Origin: Azolla caroliniana
Lineage: Eukaryota > Plantae > Polypodiophyta
DNA: 64,000 nucleotides
Reading direction: 5' to 3'
Assembly (NCBI GenBank): GCA_043228905.1
Contig: JBHGNT010000017.1
Coordinates: 5,518,001 to 5,582,000, forward strand
In this document: positions 39,064 through 49,959 of the stretch, one piece after another
How positions within the stretch are numbered: position 1 is the first letter of the stretch
How the letters are laid out: each line of letters begins with the position of its first letter
The notes under the pieces: generated by a model
Seen by the model: the letters and a program-made list of their open reading frames with translations, nothing else
Told to the model about the DNA's origin: nothing
Databases searched by the model: none
Program-made: the position numbers and the translations under genes

Positions 39064-39843
39064 GTTTGAACCGATTTTGCCTACCTTCTGTCTCTCTCAT
39101 TTCCTACTAATCTCTTATTCCTCTTTTCTTTCATCCCATGGCCATTGTTAGCGCTGAAGAATATCAATCTGTTTTTTCGGAATTTCAATGCTTGAAAGAG
39201 AAGTTCCATGCTTTGGAACAAGAAAACCAACGGTTGCTAGGGGATCTTCAGCAAATCTCCTTAGAAAAGCAGCAAACGCAACAACAACATGGGGAACTTG
39301 CGTTACGCTGTTGTGAAGATTTTCGTCCATAGGTGGAAACCGGGGTGGAAGGGGCAAGTCGGTGGTGTGCAACATGTGCACATGTATACTAGGATATGGT
39401 GTATAGAAAGAGAGGGGAAAATTTTGTCCCACATTGTAAGGTCCCTCCCTCCTTGGGCTATAAAAGGAAGGGAGGGGTCACTTATGAAGGGGTTGCCTAT
39501 TTTGCGTATGAGAGGTATACCACTTAGCCTAGAGTTCTTACCGTTTTAGGGTTAGGGTTTCGATTAGGGTTTCCTTATTCATCTTCGGTTAGGGTTTTCT
39601 CATAGTCGTTTTGGTGCGGCCCATGTGGCCACCATTGTTGTAACCATTCGTTGTTTAATATAGAACTTGTTGAACATCTTGCCTCCGCCGATCTCTCCTT
39701 CTATGTCGTGGTCTTATTCTTTCCTCTTCTCCTCTTGAGCTAAGCCTCCATATCATGTCCTATTCTTTCTCCTCCACTCCCTAGTCCGAGACCCCGGTGG
39801 TCCCGCCCCTTCTACACGTACGCACGTAACAACGTGACATCTT

Positions 39844-39861
39844 TGGTGAACCCGACGTGAA
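39844..39861 (+). other. Primer binding site complementary to the tRNA-Trp 3' end
   Basis: TGGTGAACCCGACGTGAA is the reverse complement of plant tRNA-Trp ...TTCACGTCGGGTTCA-CCA (tRNA sequence recalled); lies 4 nt after the LTR. Confidence 0.88.
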
Positions 39862-39877
39862 AGGGCGGCAAGGGAGC

Positions 39878-42522
39878 ATGGAGATGGAAGAAGACTTGGA
39901 CTTCGAGGAGATGATGGCAAAAATCGTGATGGAAGCCGGACGGAAGATGGCGAAGCGAGATGCGGCTCAACAAGCCGTCGAAAGGGTGGTTGATCGAGTC
40001 GGCCGGTTCAATGGGAATGAGGTCCCAAAATTTTTGGGAGCCTACGAGGCTGAGATGGCGAAAGGGGGCGTGGACGAGGAGATGCGGCTAGAGTATTTTC
40101 CTCGAGTGGCGGCCGCATCGGTGCACAAGGAGGTCAAGGAGCTACGAGAAAGGTCCCAAAATTTTTGGGAGCCTACGAGGCTGAGATGGCGAAAGGGGGC
40201 GTGGACGAGGAGATGCGGCTAGAGTATTTTCCTCGAGTGGCGGCCGCATCGGTGCACAAGGAGGTCAAGGAGCTACGAGAAGCTCACGAGTCGTGGGTGT
40301 CCTTGAAGGTAGCCCTATTGGAAGCGTGCGGATACGCGAAACCGGAGTGGGTATGCCGGCAACCCGATGGGGAGCGGTCGGCAACAACGTGGCCCGCGAG
40401 CGGCGGAGAAGAGAGAGCGGCGAGTGAGTACGCACTACCGCCGGAAGAGAGCTCAACGCAAAACGGTTCGGAGGAGCTCGACCTAGAAGCGCTAATACGA
40501 GAGGCATGCGAGCTTGTGAAGGCGAAAATCGAAGCCAAAGAAGGGCTTATTATGGAGTCGGGCCGGAGGCGATCGGAGGATACGGAGGAAGAAGCCTCCC
40601 TAAGCGTAGAAGACGGGGCCTATACGGAGGCCAGAAGAGCGTACGACGGCGACATGGGAGAGGGTGCGGAGCAAGCGACCCTCTTGCCTTGCGGTGAAGG
40701 GACGGCCATGGAGGCTGGTAACTACGGATTCGGGACATGGCGGCCCGAAACATTGAGTGAGGAGCGGACAAGCGGCGGTGCCGCGACCTTACACACACCG
40801 GTCCTAGAGACTCTGGCATCCGGCCCGAGAGCCGGTGTGAGACCTAGAGTGACGGACGGTGGCGGCGGCAAGGTGGGCAACCGAGACGACGGCATGGGAG
40901 AGATGGTGGCAAGCGTAATCGAGGTTTGCGGAATTGGAGATGGGGTAGCCGCGGACAACGACGACCGGACGGAAGCGGCTACTGACACAACGAGTGGCGG
41001 TGCCAGATCCTTATCCACTCCGGTCCTAGAGGCTCCGGCGGCCGGCCCGAGTGCCGGCGTGAGACCTAGAGCGACGGGCGGTGGTGGCGGCAAGGCGGCC
41101 TACCACGGCGACGAAGAGAACAAGGAAGAGATAGCCACGGACCACGGCGTCCGAACGAAGGTGGCTATGAACATGGCATCGGCGAGTAACGGTATCGGGA
41201 CTTTTCCCACACCTATTCTAGAGACTTCGGCAGTCGGCCCCGAGAGCCCACGTGAGACCGGAGAGACGGAAGGTGGCGGTGGCAAAGCGGACGATCGAAA
41301 CGACGACGAGGAAGGTCGTAGCGGACGGAGGCAAGACCTCTCGACACCGACACCGGAGACTACGGCGGTTGAGCTCGAATGCCAACATAAGACCGGAGAG
41401 AAGGGCGGTGGCCATGAGGAGGTGTGGCCCGGAGCGAACACGTACGAAGATGAGGACGCGAGGCCCGGAACGGGCATATATGAGAGGACCGACGGAGAGG
41501 TCGGGAGCGGCAAAGAGGAGAGAGTCGGGAACCGACCCGACCGGAAGATGGACCGGTCGATAATCCGACATGACCGGAAGACGGCGCGGAAGAACATTGG
41601 AGCGGGGTCTGGTCAACCGGGCCCGAACCGAAGAAGAGCTGGCAAGGTCGGATTTGTTCGGACAAACATCTACCGGCCGGTTACGATTACGGAAGGGAGC
41701 CGACCTAACCGGAACTCGATCGGCCGAGACCGATCCGGGCGAAGGCAAAGTTGGCACGGTTGGAGGTCGAGGCGAACAGGCCACAACACCCGGTGGGAGC
41801 CGGTGAGCGCGAGAAGGAAGCTAACTGGGCACGGTGACTACGGCTTGGCAGAAGACCGAGAGCGAGAGGAGCCCTCCACATCTATCCTTGAGACTTCGGC
41901 GGTTGCGGATCAACATAAGACCGGAGACACGACGGGTGGCGGCGAGGAGTCGGAGACCGGAACTGACGAGGCCACTAGAACGGGTACCCGGTACGTGAAG
42001 ACGGATGAGCACGGCCAAGACGGCAAGCCGAAGTCGAAAGGGGCTACGGCAAGAAAGAACGAAGAGACCGACGCGGAGGTCGGGTCTACGACGGATGAGC
42101 CGCGTAATACGAAGTATGCACTACGGCGTAAAACGGAGCATGCACTACGGCTAGCGAAGGGCCAAGAAGTAAGCATGCACCCGGAAGAGCGGCAACGAGT
42201 GACCGGCAACGGTGGACCGGTCGAGCCTTTGAGAGAAGCACGCGGCGAGAGACGAAGCCGTAAGGTGCCGAGATCGGCGGATGGGTGGCGAGAGCGAAGG
42301 ATGGTGCGCGGAGAACAACGGGGTACACACCGGGAAGAGAAAACGCAGCGGCTTCCCGGAGGACATACAAGGCCAAGCGGGCCAAGAGGGCGCAAGCCGA
42401 GGCGAGGCGGTAACAAGAGCCTCGAGGGACACCGACACGGAGGTCGGGAGGACGGTACGCTCTACGGTGAGAGAGCACGACGGGCAAAGGAGAGGCAAGG
42501 AACGCGGAATGGGGTCGCCTAA
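39878..42522 (+). pseudogene. Gag-like N-terminus fused to a long acidic/Gly/Arg-rich region; frameshifted by a 131-bp duplication
   Basis: RFNGNEVPKFLGAYEAEM resembles a Ty3 capsid start; removing one copy of the repeat (40020-40150 / 40151-40281) joins the 121-aa and 785-aa ORFs into ~837 codons. Confidence 0.7.
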
Positions 42523-45058
42523 GGGCCAAAGAATGAGCGCATATTCGGGGGACAACATCGGCGCACGAGAAGAGCCCATGGAAGGGAAGCGCGGAGCAGG
42601 AAGAGTCGACACGCCGAGGTGTTCGGCATGCGGAGACGATAAAACCAAAGGGGGAACATACGCGGCACGAAAAGGACGGAATCCGGAGTACGATCGGGGA
42701 GTTCAGGAGCGCACCCGGAGGACATACGAGCCTTTGCGAGGGATGCGCGCGGCGAGAGATGGAGCGGTGAGGTGCCGGTATCGGCGGATGATCGACGAGC
42801 GTGAAAAGCTATGTCTTGAGAACCGGAGGAGGTGCATGGAGAGCAACGGGCTACGCACCGGGAAGAGGAAGCACGGCTTCCCAGAAGGCATGCGAGGCCA
42901 AGCGGGCCAAGAGGACGAGAGTCGGGATGAAGCGGTAACGGGAGTCGCGAAGGACATTGACATGGTGGTCGGGATGACGGTACGCTCTACGGCAAGAGAG
43001 CACGACGAGCAAGGGAGAAGCAAGGAGCGCGTAATGGGGTCACGTAAGGACCGAAGAACGAGCACGCATTCGATGGACGACAACGACGCACGGAAAGTGC
43101 CTACGGAAGCCGAGTGCAGAACGAAGGGAGTCGGTACGAGGTGTTCGGGGCGAGGAGAAGGTCGAGCCGGAGGTGGAACACACGCGATACGCGAGGAGCG
43201 GCACCCGACGAGCAATCGAAGTAATCGGGGGTCTAACCGGAGGACATGCGCGGTGAGCGAAGGAAGGGAGACCGGATCGGCAACGGTGTTCGGGATGGCC
43301 GGTCGAAGAAGAAGGTGCATGCGCCGGACATGGCGGATAGGATGGAGCCGACGGTTCGGGGAAACGCGGTGGACGTGGTGGATCGGATGAAGTCGGCGGG
43401 TCGAGGCCGACAAGACGGATCGACGCCAGCAAGGGACCTGCAAGGCGGTTGGGTGTCGGTAAGGCGAAAGACCCGGTTAATTACTGTCGCCGAAATCTCT
43501 CACCCATTTCCTTTCTTGGCACATATCGGTGGATGTGCGGTTTGGTGGGGGTGGATGTCGTGAAGATTTTCGTCCATAGGCGGAAACCGGGGTGGAAGGG
43601 GCAAGTCGGTGGTGTGCAACATGTGCACATGTATACTAGGATATGGTGTATAGAAAGAGAGGGGAAAATTTTGTCCCACATTGTAAGGTCCCTCCCTCCT
43701 TGGGCTATAAAAGGAAGGGAGGGGTCACTTATGAAGGGGTTGCCTATTTTGCGTATGAGAGGTATACCACTTAGCCTAGAGTTCTTACCGTTTTAGGGTT
43801 AGGGTTTCGATTAGGGTTTCCTTATTCATCTTCGGTTAGGGTTTTCTCATAGTCGTTTTGGTGCGGCCCATGTGGCCACCATTGTTGTAACCATTCGTTG
43901 TTTAATATAGAACTTGTTGAACATCTTGCCTCCGCCGATCTCTCCTTCTATGTCGTGGTCTTATTCTTTCCTCTTCTCCTCTTGAGCTAAGCCTCCATAT
44001 CATGTCCTATTCTTTCTCCTCCACTCCCTAGTCCGAGACCCCGGTGGTCCCGCCCCTTCTACACGTACGCGCGTAACAACGCGACAATGCGTGCAACAAC
44101 TCGAAGCCACCATCGTAGCAATGCAACAACAAGGGCCCGGAACACAAGGGATTCATAAAGAACCCAAGATTGGCCTTCCCACAAAGTTCAATGGAACACG
44201 ATCGCAGTTTAGAGGGTTCCTTAACCAGGTACGATTAGTTATTCAAATGCATCCTTCCCGATATCCCACCGATGCATCACGAGTGGGTTTAGTAGGCACT
44301 TTGTTAAGTGGCTCAGCGTTGGCATGGTTCGCTCCACTATTAGAAAAGGAATCTCCGTTACTCAACAATTTTGAAGAGTTTCTAGGTGAGTTTAAAGCAT
44401 GTTTCGGAGATACTGACAACATCAGGACCGCAATCAACAAAATTCGGCGATTACGCCAAGGTGACCGTCCAACCTCTGCATACGCTGCAGATTTTCGCCT
44501 ACTCGCCGCCGATATCCCTTGGGATGATCAAGTGTTGATGGAGCAATTCCATTATGGTTTACGCAACGACGTCAAGGATTTACTCTTGACCTTCCCCGAA
44601 GAGCCAAAGTCCTTAACAGAAGCAATCAGTCGCGCGGTGAGATGTGAGAACCGCCTCTTTGAGCGACGTTCGGAACAACAACTACAAATGCCGAGGGCAA
44701 GATCAGAGCCCACCTACGCCTCAGTGGTATCAAGACCTTTTCTGAGGGAGTCATATAATGCGCCTCCAGCGAATACTCCGACTCCGATGGAGATTGACAC
44801 TACACGTCATCGAGGGCCATTATCCGAAGAAGAAAAGCAACGACGCCGTACAAATCGACTATGTCTTTACTGCGGTGGACCAGGACATATTACAATAAAT
44901 TGCCCCCATAGGCCAAGAAGACAGGTAAACCAAATAGTCGCTAGTTCTAATTGTACTAAACCCGAGCCTATTTCAGTAGGGATATCTGATAGTCCTAATA
45001 GTACTAATAGCCCAGATCTAGCGAACAGATTTGATGTCCTTAGTCAGTTAGAAGAAGA

Positions 45059-45110
45059 GTTAAACGACTAAGTCCAGCCAAAATAGGAGTCGTTTGGTTG
45101 GATAGCCCTA
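45059..45110 (+). other. Putative -1 ribosomal frameshift signal at the gag-pol junction
   Basis: G TTA AAC in gag frame, 7-nt spacer, then stem tccagccaaa/tttggttgga; pol continues open in the -1 frame. Confidence 0.7.
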
Positions 45111-48100
45111 GATCTGTGCAGCCCATTAGTGGTTCCATTCCCTCTAAGCAAGTTAGTGATGTGTTCGTAGCCCAAGTAATAGTTAGTACTAAAAGTACCC
45201 CTCCAGTACATGTCCTAGCACTCCTAGATTCCGGAGCTAACTCTTGCTTTATGGATAAGAAATTTGCTCAAGCTCATAAGATATCCCTAAGAAAACTCCA
45301 GTGTCCAGCCTCTGTAGTAGTCATTGATGGATGTCCCATTGCTTCCGGAAATATCATAGAAGAGACAGAGCCCATTAATATTGTCCTAGATAACTTAGCA
45401 TGTGTAGTATCATTTAATATTATTAGTATCCCAGAACATCCCATAGTTTTAGGATTATTGTGGTTTGAGTTCCATAACCTAGACATAGATCAGTAAACCC
45501 CTCCAGCACCACTAAAGAAGAATCCACTGTTCAACTTCCCGAGAAGTATCATCATTACGTCGATGTGTTCGATAAAGTACAAGCCAACACACTTCCTCAT
45601 CATCGACCGTACGATTGCCCCATCGATTTACAACTGGGAAAAGAGCCACCATGGGAACCGATCTACAATTTGTCACCAACCGAGTTGGAAGTCCTTCGGG
45701 CCTATATAGAGGAGAATTTGGAAAATGGTTTCATTCGGCATTCGAAATCTCCAGCTGGCACGCCCATTTTCTTCGTCAAGAAAAAGGATGGATCGCTTCA
45801 TCTCGTTGTAGATTACCGTGGCCTGAATAAGGTTACAATCAGGAATAGGTATGCTCTTCCCCTTATCTCAAGTCTTTTAGAACGGATCAATGGTGCTAGG
45901 TTCTTCACGAAGATCGACTTATGGGGAGCATATAACCTCGTACGGATCCGACCAGGAGACGAATGGAAGACCGCGTTTCGCACTAGATATGGGCACTTCG
46001 AGTATACGGTCATGTCGTTCGGCCTCACTAATGCGCCGACAGTCTTCCAACACATGGCTAATGATATATTCCGAGATCTATTGGATGATTGTTTGATCAT
46101 CTATTTGGATGATCTACTGGTTTATTCAAAGGCCCAAGAAGAACATGATTCTCATGTACTATTAGTACTAAAACGACTTCGAGAACATGGTCTGTATGCA
46201 AAGCTGGAAAAATGTAGTTTCGGGTGCAACCAAGTGGAATTTCTCGGCTACATCATTTCGTCAGAAGGCATCTCCATGGACCCAGCTAAGGTCAAAACGG
46301 TGGTAGAATGGCAGACTCCGCGTTCGGTGCGGGATGTGCAATGCTTCCTAGGCTTTGCCAATTTTTACCGGAAGTTCATACAAGATTACTCAAAGATCGT
46401 TCTACCTCTCACACAACTTACCAGGAAGGGACAACCGTTCATCTGGTCTGAAGAAACGGACATGGCTTTCGAGAGTCTTAAAAAGGCATTTACATCGGCT
46501 CCAATTCTAGCTCATGTCGATCCGGAAAAACCATTCATTATCAAAGCTGACGCAGCAGATTTTGCATTGGGGAGCATTCTGTCACAACAGGGGAATGATG
46601 AGAAGCTATATCCTGTGGCTTTTCACTCACGCAAGTTTGACGCCGCCGAAATCAACTACGAAATTCATGATAAGGAGCTATTGACAATAGTGGATTCTTT
46701 TATGCAATGGAGGCATTTTCTGGAGGGATCCTCTCATCCGGTCACTGTATTTAGTGACCACAAGAACCTTGCCTACTTTCAGGATGCTCGTGTGTTGAAT
46801 CGACGTCAAGCTCGGTGGGCCCACTTCCTCACGCGTTTCGACTTCAAAATTACATATCGTCCGGGGAAGCACCAAGGGAAGGCAGATGCATTATCACGAC
46901 GTTCGTATCTAGCACCCCGTCCCGGCGAGCTAGCTTTCGATAACCAAAAACAAGTCATCTTGGGACCGACATGACTTCAAGCAACACAGATCTTTGATAT
47001 GCCCATGGATTCCCGTGTTATCGATACCATACGCAAAGGCTTGAAGACAGATGCGTTCGCCCAAGCTATACTAGCACAAATTGATCCCTCTCGCGTGTCG
47101 TGTTCACAATTGCAACCACCAGGTACGGACTATCGGCAATTCAAATACCATGATGGATTACTCTTCTTTAAAGAACTTTTGTATGTTCCTAATGGTTCTT
47201 GCCGCCTTCAAGTAGTACAAAACTGTCATGACACATATACAACTGGGCATTTTGGTAGTACTAAAACATTACATTTAGTACAACGATCATTCTGGTGGCC
47301 CTGTATGCGACAATTTGTCGAGGATTTTGTTTGGACTTGTGATACATGCTGCAGAGCGAAAATGCCAAGGCATCATCCATATGGTTTATTAGAACCATTA
47401 CCAATTCCAAGCAAGCCGTGGCAATCCATTGCTCTAGACTTCATCATAGATCTTCCAGTCTCTAAGGGGTTCAATGCGATTCTAACGGTGGTCGATCGAT
47501 ATACGAAGATGGCTCATTTCTTGCCATGTACTAAGGAGATCTCCAATGAAGACATTGCCGAAATTGTCATGCGTGAAGTATGTCGGCATCATGGACTTCC
47601 CGATAGTATCATTAGCGACCGTGGACCCCAGTTCGTGTCAAAATTCTGGAAGCACCTTTTTAACATGCTCAAGGTCACATGTAACCTCTCCTCCGACTAC
47701 CACCCCCAAACCGATGGCCAAGCCGAACGAACCAATCAAACACTGGAGCAGTATCTACGGTGCTTTCTCAGTTATCATCAGGATGATTGGGCAGATATTC
47801 TCCACTTCGCCGAATTTGCCTATAACAACTCTATCCACACATCCACTAAAGTTACGCCATTTTATGCTTATACGGGATGTCACCCCCGGTGGTGTGTACT
47901 TGAAACCCCAGAGGTGTCCACAAATCCTTGCGCAGAAGATCGTTTGGAGAGATTACGCAAGATACAAGCGGATGTATCTACTCACCTCCACCAAGCTCAA
48001 CAAACACACAAGGTTTATGCGGATCGTCATCGACTCCCATCTAGTTTTAACATTGGAGATCGGGTATGGCTACTCTGACGACACATCAAGACCACTCGCC

Positions 48101-48519
48101 CATGCGAGAAGTTAGATTATCGGCGATTAGGTCCTTTCCGTATTATAGGAAAGATTAATGATGTCGCTTTTCGTCTTGATCTACCTCCACAACTTCGGAT
48201 ACATCCGATGTTTCATAGTTCTCTCCTCGAACCCTATCAAGAGAGCACCATCCCAGGACGTATTACACAGCCTCCACCCCCGATCGAGCTTGAAGATGGA
48301 CCTGAGTACGAGGTCGCCGCCATCCTTGATTCCAAGCTTGTTCGCAACAAGCTCTACTATCTAGTCGATTGGCTAGGATATAGTCCCAGCGAGCGTACTT
48401 GGGAACCGATAGAGAATGTCACCAATGCTCGTGCTCTTCTTGAAGACTTCCATCGTCAATATCCAGACAAACCGGGTCCTCAATCCAAAACGACTCGTTA
48501 CACTCGTAAGTCGTTTTAA
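45062..48519 (+). pseudogene. pol: Chromovirus pol (PR, RT, RNase H, integrase, chromodomain) with a few lesions
   Basis: ALLDSGAN; VVDYRGLN, GHFEYTVMSFGLTNAP, YLDD; DAADFALG, DHKNL; HHCC zinc motif, SDRGPQF, QTDGQAER, LGPF; EYEVAAILDSK...YLVDWLGY...TWEP. Probable deletion near 45490; TGA stops at 46972 and 48076. Confidence 0.95.
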
Positions 48520-48657
48520 AAGGGGGATAGTGTCATGATATGGCAAGACTCGAACCCATAACCTTATGCTACATGGGTCGAGCTCTTGACCATTAGACTA
48601 TACATTATAATACGTAAAATATTATTTTCATTTATGTTTTATTATAGAAAATTGATG

Positions 48658-48737
48658 TACAACACGAACCTGCAGTTGACTGACATCTTCACGAAGGCCC
48701 TGGGAGCCGACAAGTTGCAGCAGTTCACAACAAACCG
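48658..48737 (+). mobile_element. 80-bp copia RNase H fragment at a deletion junction
   Basis: Reads NTNLQLTDIFTKALGADKLQQFTTN. Confidence 0.75.
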
Positions 48738-48739
48738 AA

Positions 48740-49955
48740 ATTTTCAGCTTTTTCATTAAGTTTTCAAGAACATGTGATACTAGTATCAAGTTGTTTTGTG
48801 AAATGGCCAAAAAAGCCCCAAAATCAAATGGGATATTCCTTATCCTTCTGATAGAGGGACATGTTGGTGGCCAATTATATCTCTTTTTGTGTGGGGACCA
48901 TCAAGTGATTGAGAATCTTGCAATTCATTACAAAATGAATTGCTTGTTTCGTCTCAAGTGTTGTTTTGGCATGGGAAAGAGAAGTTGAGATCTCAATTCA
49001 ATTGTTTATTTCGATTAGGGGTTGTACATTTGGAAGATGTGGTTGATAATGAATCTCAGAGGTTGTCGGAATTTGAAGATGCCAAGGGATAGTTATGCAT
49101 TCCCCCAAATTATGGATTTATTTGGGAGAAACTACAATATATACCTTTGTTGCAAGGATCTTTGCCATTGAAAACAAATGTTGCACCTTGGGTGGATTGG
49201 TGGTTATAAGATGGTACACGCTTGTTACAGGTCACTACATATATATTGTATCATCATGCAATGACATCATTATCTTGGTTATCTCCTAAAGCAAAGAAGT
49301 TTTGGAATGTATGTAAGTCAGATGCAAGGTGGTGGAAAATATTACAATGTGGTTGGCATTCCCATCTACCATTTCGTGCAAAGGTATTCATATGGAGGTA
49401 TTCATATGGAGAGTCATGATCGGTGGGCTCCCATTAGGTTCGGCCTTAAAGAGACGAGGACTAGGGTCAGCCACATGTTTATTTTGCATCGTTCCATTGG
49501 AGGATAATACACATAGGTTCATTAAATGTCCTATAGCATGTACCATTTGGAAGTACTTATCGGACATTTGGCAAGTTTTAACCCGTTGTTATTTGAGACC
49601 TCAACAATGGGTTTTAAAATATGTTCAAAATGGTTCAAATGAGGAGATGGAGATATTGCTCCAATCTTTACCTTATTGGGGACTACAACACAATTGGAAT
49701 ATGCATAATTCTTTCATGTTTGATAATAGACATGGGGTGAAAGCCTATATAAAGAAGTTGAAAGGTATTCTCATGTGGAATTTTTGGGTGTCAGAGCATA
49801 TGGGGATCATTTCCTCAAATGCATATTCAGGTTTTTTAATGGCATTACAGGACGTCCCTCTCCCCACATAGGCATATGATAGGTAGAGGAGACTAAGAAG
49901 TGTTGTAAATATGTGGATTTTACATACAATTAATATAATTGTGTGCTTTTACCAA
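48740..49955 (+). mobile_element. 5'-truncated L1-type LINE (ORF2 C-terminus, zf-RVT)
   Basis: WHSHLPFRAKVFIWRVMIGGLPL...CLFC...EDNTHRFIKCPIACTIW; a short tandem duplication at ~49382 shifts the frame. Confidence 0.8.
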
Positions 49956-49959
49956 AAGA

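Larger units (their letters stand above)
39309..44086 (+). mobile_element. Young non-autonomous LTR retroelement (gag-like ORF, no pol) with a tRNA-Trp PBS
   Basis: 531-bp LTRs at 39309-39839 and 43556-44086 (4 mismatches by eye), TG...CA ends, PPT GGTGGGGGTGGA, 4-bp TSD acgc/atgc. Confidence 0.95.
39138..45071 (+). pseudogene. gag: Chromovirus gag, split by an insertion (39138-39308 + 44091-45071)
   Basis: Removing the insert and one TSD copy gives continuous ...GELALR|VQQLEATIVAM...; contains PTKFNGTRSQFRGFL, LRQG...AYAADF, PMEID and a CLYCGGPGHITINC zinc knuckle, as in sushi/PEG10-type gag. Confidence 0.92.
38644..48657 (+). mobile_element. Ty3/gypsy chromovirus, Tcn1/sushi-like, inserted in the copia gag; 3' LTR truncated
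   Basis: LTR start TGTCATGATATGGCAAG at 38644 and at 48531; PPT AAAAGGGGGATAG before 48531; order gag-PR-RT-RH-IN-chromodomain. Confidence 0.95.

Noticed and set aside
42281-43390. 369-aa plus-strand ORF as a real gene
   Set aside because: Differences between repeat copies fall mostly at second codon positions in this frame and are non-conservative; probably a GC-rich shadow ORF, though not excluded.
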